From Lingula anatina (lineage: Eukaryota; Animalia; Brachiopoda): DNA of 64,000 bases. The number at the start of each line of letters is the position of its first letter. Position 1 is the first letter of the stretch. The translations under genes were made by a program, and so were the position numbers. This document shows positions 25,901 to 41,125 of this stretch, piece by piece. Location of the stretch: NCBI GenBank assembly GCA_051362555.1, contig CM120643.1, positions 4,774,001 to 4,838,000 of the forward strand. The letters are read 5' to 3'. Below the pieces are notes generated by a model. It worked only from the letters and a program-made list of their open reading frames with translations. It did not search any database and was not told the origin of the DNA.

Positions 25901-28900
25901 ACTCATTCTATGGACCTCCTATAAATAATTTTATCGCATGCTGATCATATAAAATCCCAGATACCAAAAAAACAGTAAGTTGTATTACCTGATTAACCAA
26001 AAACACCAAGCACTGTGAAAAGAAAAAAAAATGGAAATATGTACAACTTACATTGATATTACAATTTGGAAAGAACTTCTCAAACCATTCTTGTCCAAAG
26101 AACTGAGTAATAAATTCTGGGAGTGGGGTGGGTGGTGGGGGAGGAGTAGGAGGAGGTGTGGGTTCTTTGGGGGGTGGGGGAGTTCTTGGTTTGGGTGGAG
26201 GTGGAGTGGGGGGCTTTGGAGGAGGTCCTTTGGAGACCAGTTTGACAATCTTCTTAGGAGGGACTATTTTCTTTGGAGGAGGAGGTTTTGGTGGTTCTGG
26301 CTCTGGTTCAGGAGTCTGAAACAGAAATTATACAAAAATATGAGTATGTGACTAACAGGTATCAAAATAAATATCAACATTATAAAAGTTGCAATGACAA
26401 GCAAGCATTCTGAGGTCATACAACTACTCAGAAAATATAGAACTATTCATGAGTTTTTGAAAAAAAATTTAATGAAAACAGCTCATTCATCTTAACATAA
26501 ATGCCACTTAATAACATAATAATTGTGACTTCTACATCTAAACTTGGGAAAATGGTAGAGTTAGCAGCAATGTCATAAGGTGGCCAGATACTGGTGTAAA
26601 CCTTACACTGTGCTGTTAACAGCAATGTCATAAGGTGGCCAGATACTGGTGTAAACCTTACACTGTGCTGTTAGCAGCAATGTCATAAGGTGGCCAGATA
26701 CTGGTGTAAACCTTACACTGTGCTGTTAGCAGCAATGTCATAAGGTGGCCAGATACTGGTGTAAACCTTACACTGTGCTGTTAGCAGCAATGTCATAAGG
26801 TGGCCAGATACTGGTGTAAACCTTACACTGTGCTGTTAGCAGCAATGTCATAAGGTGGCCAGATACTGGTGTAAACCTTACACTGTGCTGTTAGCAGCAA
26901 TGTCATAAGGTGGCCAGATACTGGTGTAAACCTTACACTGTGCTGTTAGCAGCAATGTCATAAGGTGGCCAGATACTGGTGTGAACCTTACACTGTGCTG
27001 TTAACAGCAATGTCATAAGGTGGCCAGATACTGGTGTAAACCTTACACTGTGCTGTTAACAGCAATGTCATAAGGTGGCCAGATACTGGTGTAAACCTTA
27101 CACTGTGCTGTTAGCAGCAATGTCATAAGGTGGCCAGATACTGGTGTAAACCTTACACTGTGCTGTTAACAGCAATGTCATAAGGTGGCCAGATACTGGT
27201 GTAAACCTTACACTGTGCTGTTAGCAGCAATGTCATAAGGTGGCCAGATACTGGTGTAAACCTTACACTGTGCTGTTAACAGCAATGTCATAAGGTGGCC
27301 AGATACTGGTGTAAACCTTACACTGTGCTGTTAACAGCAATGTCATAAGGTGGCCAGATACTGGTGTAAACCTTACACTGTGCTGTTAGCAGCAATGTCA
27401 TAAGGTGGCCAGATACTGGTGTAAACCTTACACTGTGCTGTTAACAGCAATGTCATAAGGTGGCCAGATACTGGTGTAAACCTTACACTGTGCTGTTAGC
27501 AGCAATGTCATAAGGTGGCCAGATACTGGTGTAAACCTTACACTGTGCTGTTAACAGCAATGTCATAAGGTGGCCAGATACTGGTGTAAACCTTACACTG
27601 TGCTGTTAACAGCAATGTCATAAGGTGGCCAGATACTGGTGTGAACCTTACACTGTGCTGTTAACAGCAATGTCATAAGGTGGCCAGATACTGGTGTAAA
27701 CCTTACACTGTGCTGTTAACAGCAATGTCATAAGGTGGCCAGATACTGGTGTAAACCTTACACTGTGCTGTTAACAGCAATGTCATAAGGTGGCCAGATA
27801 CTGGTGTAAACCTTACACTGTGCTGTTAACAGCAATGTCATAAGGTGGCCAGATACTGGTGTGAACCTTACACTGTGCTGTTAACAGCAATGTCATAAGG
27901 TGGCCAGATACTGGTGTAAACCTTACACTGTGCTGTTAGCAGCAATGTCATAAGGTGGCCAGATACTGGTGTAAACCTTACACTGTGCTGTTAACAGCAA
28001 TGTCATAAGGTGGCCAGATACTGGTGTAAACCTTACACTGTGCTGTTAGCAGCAATGTCATAAGGTGGCCAGATACTGGTGTAAACCTTACACTGTGCTG
28101 TTAACAGCAATGTCATAAGGTGGCCAGATACTGGTGTAAACCTTACACTGTGCTGTTAGCAGCAATGTCATAAGGTGGCCAGATACTGGTGTAAACCTTA
28201 CACTGTGCTGTGGGCATCATTCCCAACTTTTAGTGCATACAAAGTGAAAATAAACATGAAAAGGCAGAAATCACTCCTTTATAGATGTTTAAGAAGTTGG
28301 TGGGACCCCGCCCCCTTTTGCTGCCACTAAGTAAAATGTGTCTCTGTGATGAAGAACATGATCAGCTAAATGTGCTGTGATTCTGTGAGAGTTCTGCCCA
28401 TGTGGTGTGATGAGATCAGGTTTAACATAACTGTGGTAGTGTATCTATTAATAAAGTCTACAAATTAAAAATTAAATAACAAATAATACATAATGCTAAC
28501 CAGTGAGACCTTTCATACATATGTGGAAGTTGTAGTACAGTTTAAAAAAAGGCATCCTTACAAATTAAGACTAAATACTGTTAAAATCTTTATCAGCAAT
28601 GTTGAATTTAATCCTAACATAACATAATAATGAACAAATCACAGTTATAAAGTACTATAAAAATGACCTTTAATGTAAAAGCAAAATCATAGCTTCTAAG
28701 CCCAGCCACAAGCAAGGTTGCATGTAACTTAATAAACTGCCAGCCATACCTAATATACTGTAACACCCAAAATACCCTCACATATACCAAGCATCATTCC
28801 CTTTACCAGACACTTCTACGCAATATCATACTTACAAGCATTATATTATCATAACTAACACAATATCACAACTGTAATTGTAAAACTTACCCTAGTGCAT

Positions 28901-28948
28901 TTTCAGATTAGCACAGGTGTTTTCATGTCAAAATGTTACCATTACTTT

Positions 28949-28979
<31 letters not shown>

Positions 28980-31900
28980 TTTTTACTGAAAAATCTCCAA
29001 GTCCAACAAACTTCACAATATTTTCCACACACAATCACTGCCACATATGCCCTGTGCCCTGGCACTGAAAGGATGCAATAGTTGATAACAGATAAAAAAC
29101 AGCCAATTCAAGAATTTGCATAGATAGCAATGCCCAGAGTTACAGAGGGCACTGGAAACACCTTGTTGCTATCTGCAGAGGCACACTCTGATGGCAGAGA
29201 GTACGAGTTTCCACTGAGCTCTGACACACGGGTGAAGAAAGACTACTTGCACACCAACATGATTGTATAATATATGCATGTATGTAAAGTTGGCCATGTA
29301 GAGAGCATGTGTCTGTACACATTTAAGTGCTCAATAAAGTATTATAATTTTAATTGTAATATGTTTTCATAAATTTGTTTTGGAACAAATTTCAAAATGC
29401 TTCCTAAAAGGATAGTTTGCTGAGTTGTAAAATATCACTGCTCCACATAAACCAAAACTTTGCAATTGTAGTCTTTCTTGGGCATCTCTTTTGTAAGATT
29501 AATAAAATAATAAGTTAAAGACCAACAAAGTGCATCAGACCTTTATATAGCAAAATAATGCATTTTCCCATATTTGCCAAAGTATATCCATATCCAAAAC
29601 TGTTGAGAATATAAGACCCATAAAACTGTTACTGAGTTCTATATTTTAATTTTGGACCACCCATTCGAAACTGTTAGCTTCCATCTCCAAATATGACCTC
29701 CAAAGTACGAGATCTCACAATGTCTGACAAGTTATTCTTGAATGAAATAGAGGGATGATATTACTTAGCTGGCAAGATGGAGACATGGGAAAAGAATGGT
29801 GAGGGTGGTGCCAAGGGAGGTAGAAAGAAAACTATAGTCATTCCACTTAGAAAAACAGAGAATGATGAGTTTTTTAAAACATACTTGAGACTCATATGTG
29901 ACATAAATTTGCTCTCCATGTTCCTCAATCTCTTAAGCTTTGTAATTTGTTAAAGGGGTGGGAAAATTGATATTTCCCTTTCTACCCCCTAAACTTCTGT
30001 TGAGTATTGAAATGCAGATAAATAATTAGTCTAATAGTGTTTTCTAATTTTTTCATTTTGTAGGTTTGAAAAGCTTAGTTTCAATGGGAATTAGTTAAAG
30101 GGATAATAACTCTTCGTATGAGATCTATATTTCACAATAAAAACATTGTGAATAACTCATAGAAATATAATATATTCTGTTTTACCATAAAAACAGCAGT
30201 TATTGCTATAAATTCTTATATTTGAGCTTGTCTTTAAACCACGTGACCTCCATTGATGGCTATACTCTGTTAAAATCTCCTAAGAGATTTTAACAAAAAA
30301 CCAGGGACTAACTTTGAATGTAAAAATGGATTTATTAACCATTGGTAAGTATGGGAAAATTGTTGTTTACTCCAGGAAAATTGATTTTTTGGTCGAAACG
30401 AATGAACTATTATCCCTTTAAAATAATCAAAAATGATCTCTTGTGACACAAATAAAACTAGAGGATCAGAGAGGCGATACCGCCTCCGAATATTGTACCA
30501 CCAGCTGGAGTAAGCGCATTCGTATAGACCCCCACATACACAAAATAAGGGACACAGCCACCAGTCTTGTGCTTGACAAGCTGTAAAAATGCAATCAACA
30601 AGAATTTTCAAAATATGCAAAAAATATATATAACTAAAAATGGTACAATAAAAGTTTAGTTCATCGTAAGGTAGGTCAAAGGTCAATTTCAAGGTCACAG
30701 TAAATTGCCAGTATATGACTTCCTATTCAACTTCAATAGTAACTATGGACCTATCTCTGCCAGGTTTGGAGTTAAAAGAGAAAAAAATAAGCAGAGTTCA
30801 GTTCATGATAATAAGTAGGTCAAAGGTCAAGCCAGGATATGACTTCCTATTCAAGTTCAATAGTAACTATGGACCTATCTCTGCCAGTTTTGGAGATAAA
30901 AGGGAACCAAAATTTGCAAAGTTCAGTCCATGGTGAAAAGTAAGTCAAAGGTCAATTTTAAGGTCACATTTAGATTGCCAGTATATGACTTCCTATTCAA
31001 GTTCAATAGAAACTATGGATCTATCTCTGCCAGTTTTGGAGATAAAAGGAAAGCAAAATTTGCAAAGTTCAGTTCATGGTGAAAAGTAGGTCAAAGGTCA
31101 ATTTTAAGGTCACAGTTAGATTGCCAGTATATGACTTCCTATTCAACTTCAATAGTAACTATGGACCTATCTCTGCCAGTTTTGGAGATATAAGGGACTA
31201 AATGTTATAATTTTGGAGTTACCATAATGTGCCATAAATTTCCTACAGAAAAAATTAATTAAAATTAAGAAAAGGTCATTTTGGTCAAAATTCTTGAAAT
31301 GGGAGGTGCTCTGAAGTTCCAGAAGTTCAAATTTGATGAAATAATGTCATTTTTGACCACAAGTTGTCTGCTTTGCCAAGCCTTATGTTTTATTTTTCCG
31401 GAGTTCAAAATTTATTATCCATTACCATACTGTACATTTTGCTTTCACCACCAATATGTACTTTTTGATACAGCGTAACTCGAAAACCGTATGGAATACA
31501 AAAAAATGGAGACCATATCCAGTGTTGGGCTTTACATGCTCTACAAAATGCAATAAAGAATGGGTCTCTAGCATTAACAGTTCCCGAATTAGAGACAGTT
31601 TTCAGTTTCGGTATCTTATGGCCGCTACTCCTGTGAAAATGCACCGATTGACCCCAAATTCATGGAGATGAAAGATGACCTGAAGGGTAACACTTTCCAA
31701 TAATATTATTGGTTAAGTCTGTGTGGTGTCTGAATAACAGGGCAAACAATTTTTTTTTCGTAAAAAAATTCATTTTTTTGAAAATTTTGGCCCATTTGAT
31801 CTTGAAAAAAAAGGTCAAAGGTCAAATCCAAGGGCATATTTGAAATCTACACATAAGACTTTAGGAAAGCCGTCTGTAGAAATTTTTCCCATAATTCCTT

Positions 31901-34900
31901 CCGTAGGGTAGATAATTAGCATTTAATTTTGCCATTTTTAGACAAGGGTGCATTGCAATGAGTGCCACACCTAGACCCCAATACGGACAAAGCCCAAATT
32001 TTACGTGGAACGAGTTGAGATTATAGGTGACCTTAATCCAAGAGATGGGTACGGGGGCCCTTACCATCTAGGAGAAGAAGCGGTAACGGTAGCCGTCCGG
32101 CGGAGCTGGCGGAGCCGGCGGAACGATGTGTACCGCCAGCGCTAACGCTAACAAAAATTGGCTTCAAACCTAACCCTATGCAATAGTCTAATGCATGTTG
32201 TCTGTCTTTAATGATAAAAGTAAAGACTACATGTAACTTGTGTCATGTAGTCAAGAAATAGAGGTAAAACGAATGTGCACACACAGAGGTGAACATCATG
32301 ACCTTGACCTTTTAAAGGTCAGTGAATTGTACCTGAACTGAATCCTCTACTTCAACTGTCTGAATGAAAAATAATACGATAATGCAACTTAGAAAGGTGT
32401 CTAAGCAAAGGCCTGAGGTCTATGAAATAAATAGATTTACTGGAATATATATTTTTTATAATGCACACTGCTATGTGACAAAAGAATAATATATCATATT
32501 GTGCATTATACTGTGCATAGGATGATATATGTACATGCCCTCTACACTGTGTACTCCTTACTGTTTTAACACAAGCGGGGTATTTTAATTGCCAGCAAAA
32601 AGCTGTTTTTGAAACCTTGATCATTGCATAATTTAGTATTCAAAAGCATTTTTTTTTATTTTGATATATATCAACTAAAAGGAAAAAAAAGGAAAATTTA
32701 ACGAAAAAAAAAAGAACTCAAAAACTTTCTTGATTTGTGTGAAAGCAATGCAGTAGGAAATTTAGCTGCATGTAATCATGAGTAAATCTGCCTAGGATTA
32801 TGCTGCTCCCTAGGTAATGGACTGGGAACCACCAGGGCTGCCTAGATACAGTGAATGGATTGCCCAGTGACACCACCTTGGCAGCCCTGAGCTCTTGCCC
32901 AGTCAGGTTATCAGTTTTAAAAAGGTTCCTGTGCTACACATGATTTTTCAAAATATTCCCTGATTTCAGGAGATTTTATTTTCTGCACAAGGAGAGAGGC
33001 ATTGTTATGCACAGCGCGCTAAGTGTAACAATGCACAAGAGATTGACATAAGGAACAACTAATGAATGCACTCTTGGAAGGCTGGATGTTTGCTGCATAT
33101 CCCCCTCCACCCTGTCACCATACTACCTGAGATAGGACAGCAGCAACAGGAGACACTGGACTGGCAGATTGGACAGAATCTTCCAATCTATGAGGAGTAG
33201 CTAGTTGTTTCTAAATTAGTAAATAAATAACTCAAAACAATGAACAAATTCTTAATTCATGAATTTCTCATGTTGGAAAAGGGTATAATGTTTTTCATCT
33301 GATGAGGCAATATTGTGAAACTGCCTTTCATTTCAGGGTTAAATATAGATTAGTATACGATCTAAATTACTGAAAATTATTATAGTACAGCCAACTGCAC
33401 ATTCTAACATTACAAAATGAAGCTGTTAGATGAATCTGATGGTTAGTCTCCTGCAACATTACCCAGCCAAGAAATACCATTTTAAAAGGCATGTTGAAAC
33501 ATCAAGTCATTTCATATGCTGCAGGGGCATAGGCTGTGGGAGAGGTTTGAAAGACATACTTTTTTGAGGGGAGGGTACAAAATGCCGGCTTTTCCAGTAT
33601 TTTATTAGTTTTTAGCTTTTCTTTCAGTCAGCATCTAGATGAGTACAGGCAGTACAGATAACCCACCCAAGCACATTTCTCAGCCTATGTTCCTGTGCTA
33701 CATGTATAAAATATATGGCTATGTATCTGAGTTAGAGCCATAAAAGCTGCTTCATTTGTATTATCCATTCCAGGATTTCCTACAGCAATTATGTTCTGAC
33801 ACAATGGCAGTTTGTAGAAAAACATTTTTTTTTAAACATCTTTATTCTCAAGAGGGTTAAATATTGATACAGTATAAATAAAGGTGGCAAAAACATTGGG
33901 TTGAGACAGAATAACTATAATAATCACAAACACAATATCTTGAAATGCCAATTCTACTTCCTTTAGATATTGGGTGTCACAATACAACTAATCCTTCTAA
34001 AAGTTGGTAATAAATATTATAAATCATTATAAGAACACTACCTTGGGTGTTGGGGGCCTCTCGATGAGTTCAGTCATCTTCTTCATCATCTCAGACGGTT
34101 CCTCCTTCTTTGGCTTTTCATCATCTTCAAAAATGAAGCTCCTGGACGTGTCTCCTAACTCTGAGGTTTTGGGTCTGGCCTAAAAATCCAGTCAAAAATT
34201 ACATTATGATACAATCTCAGATTTCTGTTTTGAACAGAGAAAAAAAAGTTGAATCTGCTTGCATCAACATCATACTATTAAAAGAACAATTGTGGCTAAG
34301 AATGAAATCATTTTGATTCTAACATGACTGAAATGCATGCATTTTCTTTGATAACTGTTGTCACTGTGAAATTTTTTTATTTTGGTGCAAAAATGTAGAG
34401 CTGTCTTTAACAAATATCAGTATCTTTAAGTGGCCTTAGCATGTTGATAATTTCAACAGTTAAAAGACAATTCAAACAATCCATCATCATATGATGAAGA
34501 TTTTTTTTTGGGGGGGGGGGGGGGGGGGGGTAAAACAATACTTATTTCACATTATTTCTGTATCAACCATGCTTTTTATCCTCTTAATGACAGTAATTAT
34601 ACACAGAGAGAACTTAAAACACACAAAAACAAATAAGAGACAACATACATAAATCAAACAGAAGTCCAATCCAAAACCCTCAGCTAATTAAATTTGCAAA
34701 TACAACATTCTGACAGATGAATTCTGAATGCTTTCATCCCATATGAAATCAATTTGAAACCCTTTATTTGCATAAAATTGGGTATTTCCCCAAAAGGCCC
34801 CCTCCCCTATATCACACAGCATATCATAGCACACTACCTTGGTAGTCTTAAAGCGAACCTCCTGAAAGATACATGGACAACACATGACACAGGGCATCAC

Positions 34901-36564
34901 ACAGAATATATATATGGTGCAGCTTCCATAGTGGGCCTACTTCAAGGTGAGATTATATCAATTTCTAATTTTGAACTTTGACAGAATATTTTGTTGATTA
35001 ATGCCCTACTGTTATCATCTACTGCTGAAGGCATTATTTCTATCTACTAAAACAGCAATGATTAAATAGTCACAAGTATTACAATTTCTAATTACTGTTC
35101 CTAAATAAAAATTATATTATAATTATAATTTCCACAGCACACAAAATTTGCACTCAAGTCAGAAATATTTCAACCCTTCAGTTTCCAATTGTTCAAAATC
35201 TAAATAGTGTATTATCCAGAATAAAAGTATAATTTCCACATTTTAAGGTTTCATGCAATACCTAAATCTCTCAAAAGAGTTTTCATTCTGAAAAAGACTC
35301 ATCATATTCAATTCTGTTTGATAATTATACCACTTAATTCAAAATCAGACACTAAAGGGTTAGTCAGATATTTCCTTAAAACACATCACTGCACTCCACA
35401 TCAGGTTGTGCATCAACATTTTCTTTTTTACCTCATTTTCCCCCCAGTCAGAATATATATCTGGCCAACTGGACGCTGACACTGATGACTAACATGGTGC
35501 AAAAGCAAATGTGCATTACAAAATACATTAAAATGTGCAATTTGTGCATATAAAAACCAACACACACAGGTGCAATTCGGGAACATTGAGACACAAAACC
35601 AGACAAAACATCACAGGAGAAATCTCTAGTATATTTAAAGGCTAAAACATACTCAGGCTGTAAAACATTAAAACATTTTCTGTTTTGATAAATAATCTTA
35701 CATGTTAATTACTGTTATCTAAATTTTAATATGAAATGTTAATATTTCAGTACAACCAATTATTTCATTTTCATGTTAATTGAGTTTCTGCAAACAAATG
35801 GACAACAAAAGTCAAGTTATAACATTATACACATAAAATTAATAAAAAAAAAACAACAGATTATCAAGTTTCAATCTTGCAGTTGTGTATCATTCTCTTC
35901 TGGAATTGCAAAGTGACCGATGACCCCAAGAGCCTGAGGAGCACTCCGGGTCCACATGCACAGTCCATGGCATAAACCACTATTGACCCCATGCATAAGA
36001 ACTCCATGCAATTAATATCTGTAGCCCGCCCTGCCCTCACCAACCAACCAACCAATCAACCAAACAAACCAACTGGACCTCATGCACTTCTTAAATCCCA
36101 CAATGAGCTGGCCTGACTTACTTTACGTTTGGTTTCCAACTTAGCCAACTGGTCTGCAGTTAATTCTGGGGGTCTCCACGGTTGTGAAGCTGGATCCACT
36201 TTGGGAACCAACAGTTCTCTCTTGGGCCACAGGAGCCTGGAACGTGATAAAGTGAGTTTTTCAATTCACAGGTTACAGAAATGTTTCAGGCAGCTATTAT
36301 CTCCAAGTTCAAGGCCCAACAGGTAAAACCTGGGCCTGTTTCTAAAGCCAGGCACTCTGATGGCCTGACATAGGGAAAACTGACTGTCCTTCTGGTCTTC
36401 TATATAATTCAGTCATCTCATCTGCTGAACTATGTCCTGGTATAAGTTAAACCTGGTGTAAATTAGTGAATTAGTGTCATTAACCTTTTTTGTGCTTGTT
36501 AGAAATAAGTCCTTCAGCAATGAAATTGAAATTTCCATGCATTAAATAATAATAATAATAATAA

Positions 36565-36607
<43 letters not shown>

Positions 36608-39600
36608 AATAAAAATAAAAACTTGAAAACGTGCTAAAAATATTTTGTCACTCTTCCACAATTATATAACAGCATCTTTAACAGAAACAAAATGGAACTT
36701 TAACAAACATACAGTTGGAGCTGTATAAATAATTTACAGGTTCATAATAAATTATATAGCACTATAATGTTTACAAAGAGTCATATAACTGATTGGGGAT
36801 TTTTGTACAAAAGAGAGAGCCACTTACTTGACCAACACTGAGTTGGGTATAAAACCATATGGGTTGATAGGATACTGTGCTTTGAGAGGTTTTCCAGCAG
36901 TGTCTTCTTCTTTTTGCTTTTCTTCTTCCTTCTTTTCCTTCTCTTTTTCCATTTCATCCTTGATTTCCTCTATCTTCTTTCCCATTTCATATTTTTCAGC
37001 AGCGTCAGGAGCAGGGAAGAAACCTGTGGGTCCATATTCATCTCTGTATGGTTCTTCAGCTGGAGAGGGAGGGAGAGGGAGAAATGTCTTTATAATATAT
37101 TGTTATGGAAAGGTTCATAATACAATAATGAAATATTATATCACAGAAATGAAATGAAAAGGAGCAAGAATTTGTGTACATGCCAGTAAAGTGATTTCAT
37201 CGGATGAACAATATACTACATTTAAATATTCCTTAACTGACAGTGTAAAATGTATGGTATCTTTCACAAGTTTCTGATATCAATCACATCAAGACATCCA
37301 TGCATGTAACCGTATGATTTAATGTCATCTGAATCAAACTGGATCTATTTACAGCTATTTACAGTCAACAAAAGCACAAGAGATTATTTTAAGTAATATT
37401 GCTGTTTTGATATGACATCAACTCCACCTGTCATATTTGATACAGACAACAGGACATTCAACAAATATTTCAAAATCAAGAAGTTAACAAAAAAACATTA
37501 TTAGGATAGTCAGAAATGCAAGTTTTAAGATTTTTTTGGGAAAAACATATTTTCAAGGAAAAAAGTCAACCTTAACTATAGCAAAAAAATAAAGCATCTG
37601 AAGAAATGATTAAATTTTTAAAAAATACCCCAGTTCAAATTGAACTTTTACAGGTATTAAACATTTTATACTACTTATCAGCTATAGGAATATGCAGTAT
37701 GAGTTCAAAGTGAATTGTTACAGATATTTGGCATTCTATAATAATTAAGAGCTAGTAATATGCAGTACATTGATAAGCTATTGTTATCAATGAGATGAAG
37801 TTTGAAGTTTGAAGACCTAAGCTTGATAACCATACCCTTTTCCACTGGATCTGCATGAAAATAAAACATTAAAACTGGCTAAAATTTAATTTAAAGCAAT
37901 GTGTTGTTGCAATATTGTACACCAGTGTTGCATCAATCTAAAACCATAAAACAGAATATCTATGCTTAAACAAATGATGAAATAATTATCAAAATTACAA
38001 AAAGAGGGACCTTTTTCTACAGTGACCAGTCTTGTGAGAACTGCACTGGGGACAGAGTCATAGAAACATCTTCATTACAGTGTGGCCAGTGAATTCCCGG
38101 GTGCCCGAATGAAAGCTTTCACAGAAGTAGGCTTTCAAAGTTTGTGTAGAAATTGAAATTTTATATTTATCCTCCAATCAATCCATTTTTGTTTGTTACA
38201 ATGTAGCTTATGTGACTTAATATAAAGCATAGTTCTAGAGCATCTAGGAAACCATAGACATACCTTCAGATCCTTTGTCCTCAGCCAGTTCTTTGATTAA
38301 ATCCTCCTCATACATGTTATCAGGGGGCACCTTGAACACAAACCATTACAATTCATCATCTATCATCCATAAAAGCTAAACTTTTTACTTCATAGTTATT
38401 TTCTCAATGCTCTGATCCATCATTCAAGGCATTATGGAAGCTTACTAAGATAATCATTATGAATTGTCCTGCAATCTTAATTTTTTCTGACTGATTTTTT
38501 AAAGACCTTGTATAAATCATTAAAAAAAAATACTGGTAATTGCATTACATTGAAACTTTAGAACATATCCCTAACGAAAAAGTCCTATAGGATCCTATAA
38601 GATCCTACAGGATTCTATGGGAAATTGGCCCAATTTCCTATAGGATCCTATAGGATCTTATAGGATCCTATAGGACTTTTTCATAAGGGATTAAAAGTAT
38701 AACAACCAAACACAAAGAAATAAAATATTCCATGTACATCACAAAGCATGACTTCAGTTCTCATTCATTAGAATTTCCTTAGAACATGTTTTTTTATAAA
38801 TAATCACAAACATGAAGCAATCCTATATCACTAAATTAAAAACAAAATAATTTTGTTCATTTGATTAAACACTTCAGTATTCCATCACCATTATTACCTT
38901 GATCTGTGGCCTATCATAAAATATCTTCAGGTATTTCTCAAATGCAATCTTCTTTGTGAGAGGTGTTTTCTTGGGTTTCCTGGATGACTTTACTTCTCCA
39001 TTCTTCATCTTCAGTAGCTCCTCCTCCCTCTTGTCAATCACAGCAAAAGCCTAAGAAGACAAGATCAGGTTTATGTTCTATGTCCCACCAATAGTGACAC
39101 GAATATAAAATATAATATCTACTATCACATGATCTCCTACAACCTCAGGATAACAAGGGGGTGCTTTTTTTTCTCACTTTTTTCTTTTACTTCCCTAACC
39201 TCTGTGACGAAATATCTGGAAAATACGGTACAATTTTGATCACCTCTCCAGGCCTCATATCAGTCTTCTCTCCCATTGAGGTCAGAGAAGGTACTGAACC
39301 TCCAATTTTATTATTGAAAAGAACAAATGGTAAAAAAAATTATTATAATAACTGTATTAAGGTATTGTAATAGCAATTATGATAATATGTAACCGCGCAA
39401 TATCTATCATTGTAATATGTAATAAATCGTACCTTTTCTTTCAGTCTTTTCTCCATCATAACTTCTTCCTCTTCTTCATTACTGAGAACATCCATAAAGT
39501 GAGTAAACCTGGAAATAGAAAAAAAGAAACTTACTACCATAAATGTAGTGCAAGGAGGGCAACTTTCATCGCTGAAATTTTTCATTCTCTTCGTCTAAGA

Positions 39601-41064
39601 GCAGTTTTAAGATACTACATATTTTTTTCTCTTTCTCCCCCTTTCTTTTCATCTTTTATCTTATGATTTGTATTTTTTTTTTGTGTAATATTTGTGCTTT
39701 GTCTTCTGTCATATCTTTGAGCAGACTGAGCTGAGTGACTGTAACATATTGTGTATCAGAAATGAAAATCATCTGATGATGGGCAAAATCCTTATCCTGT
39801 TTAGATTCAATGTATTGTGAGTGTGTCAATACTTATCAGAAGAAACTGATCAATTAATTAATTTAATTAAACTTACTTAAAAGAAGAGTGAGCTGCCTTC
39901 AGTCTGAGGATGTCCTCCTTTCGCAGTCTTCTCACCACAGCCTCATCAAAAGGAATGGGTTGGTCTGGCTTCTCTTCAGCATACTTTATGGTTACCATTT
40001 TGAAGCGCAGAAATTTTGGCATGTCTGTAATACAACTTGTATAATTTACATACAGTTCTGTAGACATATGCAATTTAAGAGATCCTTTCATAAAATTGCA
40101 ACCAATGCAAAAGAGGAAAAAATGAAATTGAAAGATATATTGTTTTCACTTACATTAATATATAATATATAAAGTATTTTTTTTTCATATTTACATTTTC
40201 ATATTATATTATGGAAACAAGTGATTTTAGAGATTGTTTGGGGTGGGGGAGGAGGGTGAACATCTGTCAAAATACACTCTCTCCTAGCACCCCCCTCCCC
40301 TTCACCTTCCCCTGCCCTGGTATCTGACATTGTCCTACTCACAGCTTGCATATCCAATTTTGTGCAAATGGTTTCCAATTCCCACCAACAAGTCTCCCTT
40401 GGGACTGCAGAAACCCAGACTCAGTGGAACAGCATTCATTTTGACTAACCTGAAAATAGAAGATCTTGGTAAAAAATAAATATAATCATACAGTCAATAA
40501 TAAACTGTGGAGTTTTGGGTACTCATGAAGACCATGCCTTGCATTAAACTGAAAGCAGTGAAATCAGCTGTACTAATTTTTGTAAAGCCTGTATGCATTC
40601 TATATGGGGTTTTCTGGCTAAATCTAATTTTCATCGAGAAATAAGTAAGCAAAATTTCCTGTACTTGAATTCAATGGGCTGAATTCCTAGAGATAAGTAA
40701 CTTTCCAGGATATTTGAAAATAAATAAATAATGAATTTGGGAGATTTTCAAATGTGTATAGTATTACCTTAAATCTTCATTTCTGCCAGACTGTACTACT
40801 GTTTCTTCGTCCTTTTTTTTTTTAGTTGCTTTTTTATTGTTTGACTTGTTTACCTGAGTAGTTTGTTTTCCTCATTCCATATCCTAACAGTTCCGTCCAC
40901 ACTGGAGGAGGCAAACAGTTTCAGCTTGGGACAACAGGTCACTCCAGTTATAGAATCTGAGTGGTCATCATCAGGGGAGTGGTCATAGCGTCCTGAAAGG
41001 TTATTATGGGAAATTACTTTCAAATTTTATATATTTTCTTCAATCGAAATCAGAATTTAGAGTA

Positions 41065-41125
<61 letters not shown>

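Noticed and set aside
26560-28211. CRISPR-like array of palindromic repeats
   Set aside because: Units are contiguous with no unique spacers, there are no cas genes, and it lies in a eukaryotic intron. The same applies to the 26-, 40- and 146-bp arrays.
36828-37157. Plus-strand Ser/Phe-rich ORF (also Gly-rich 26031-26351)
   Set aside because: Antisense shadows of Lys/Glu-rich and Pro-rich WDR97-like exons.
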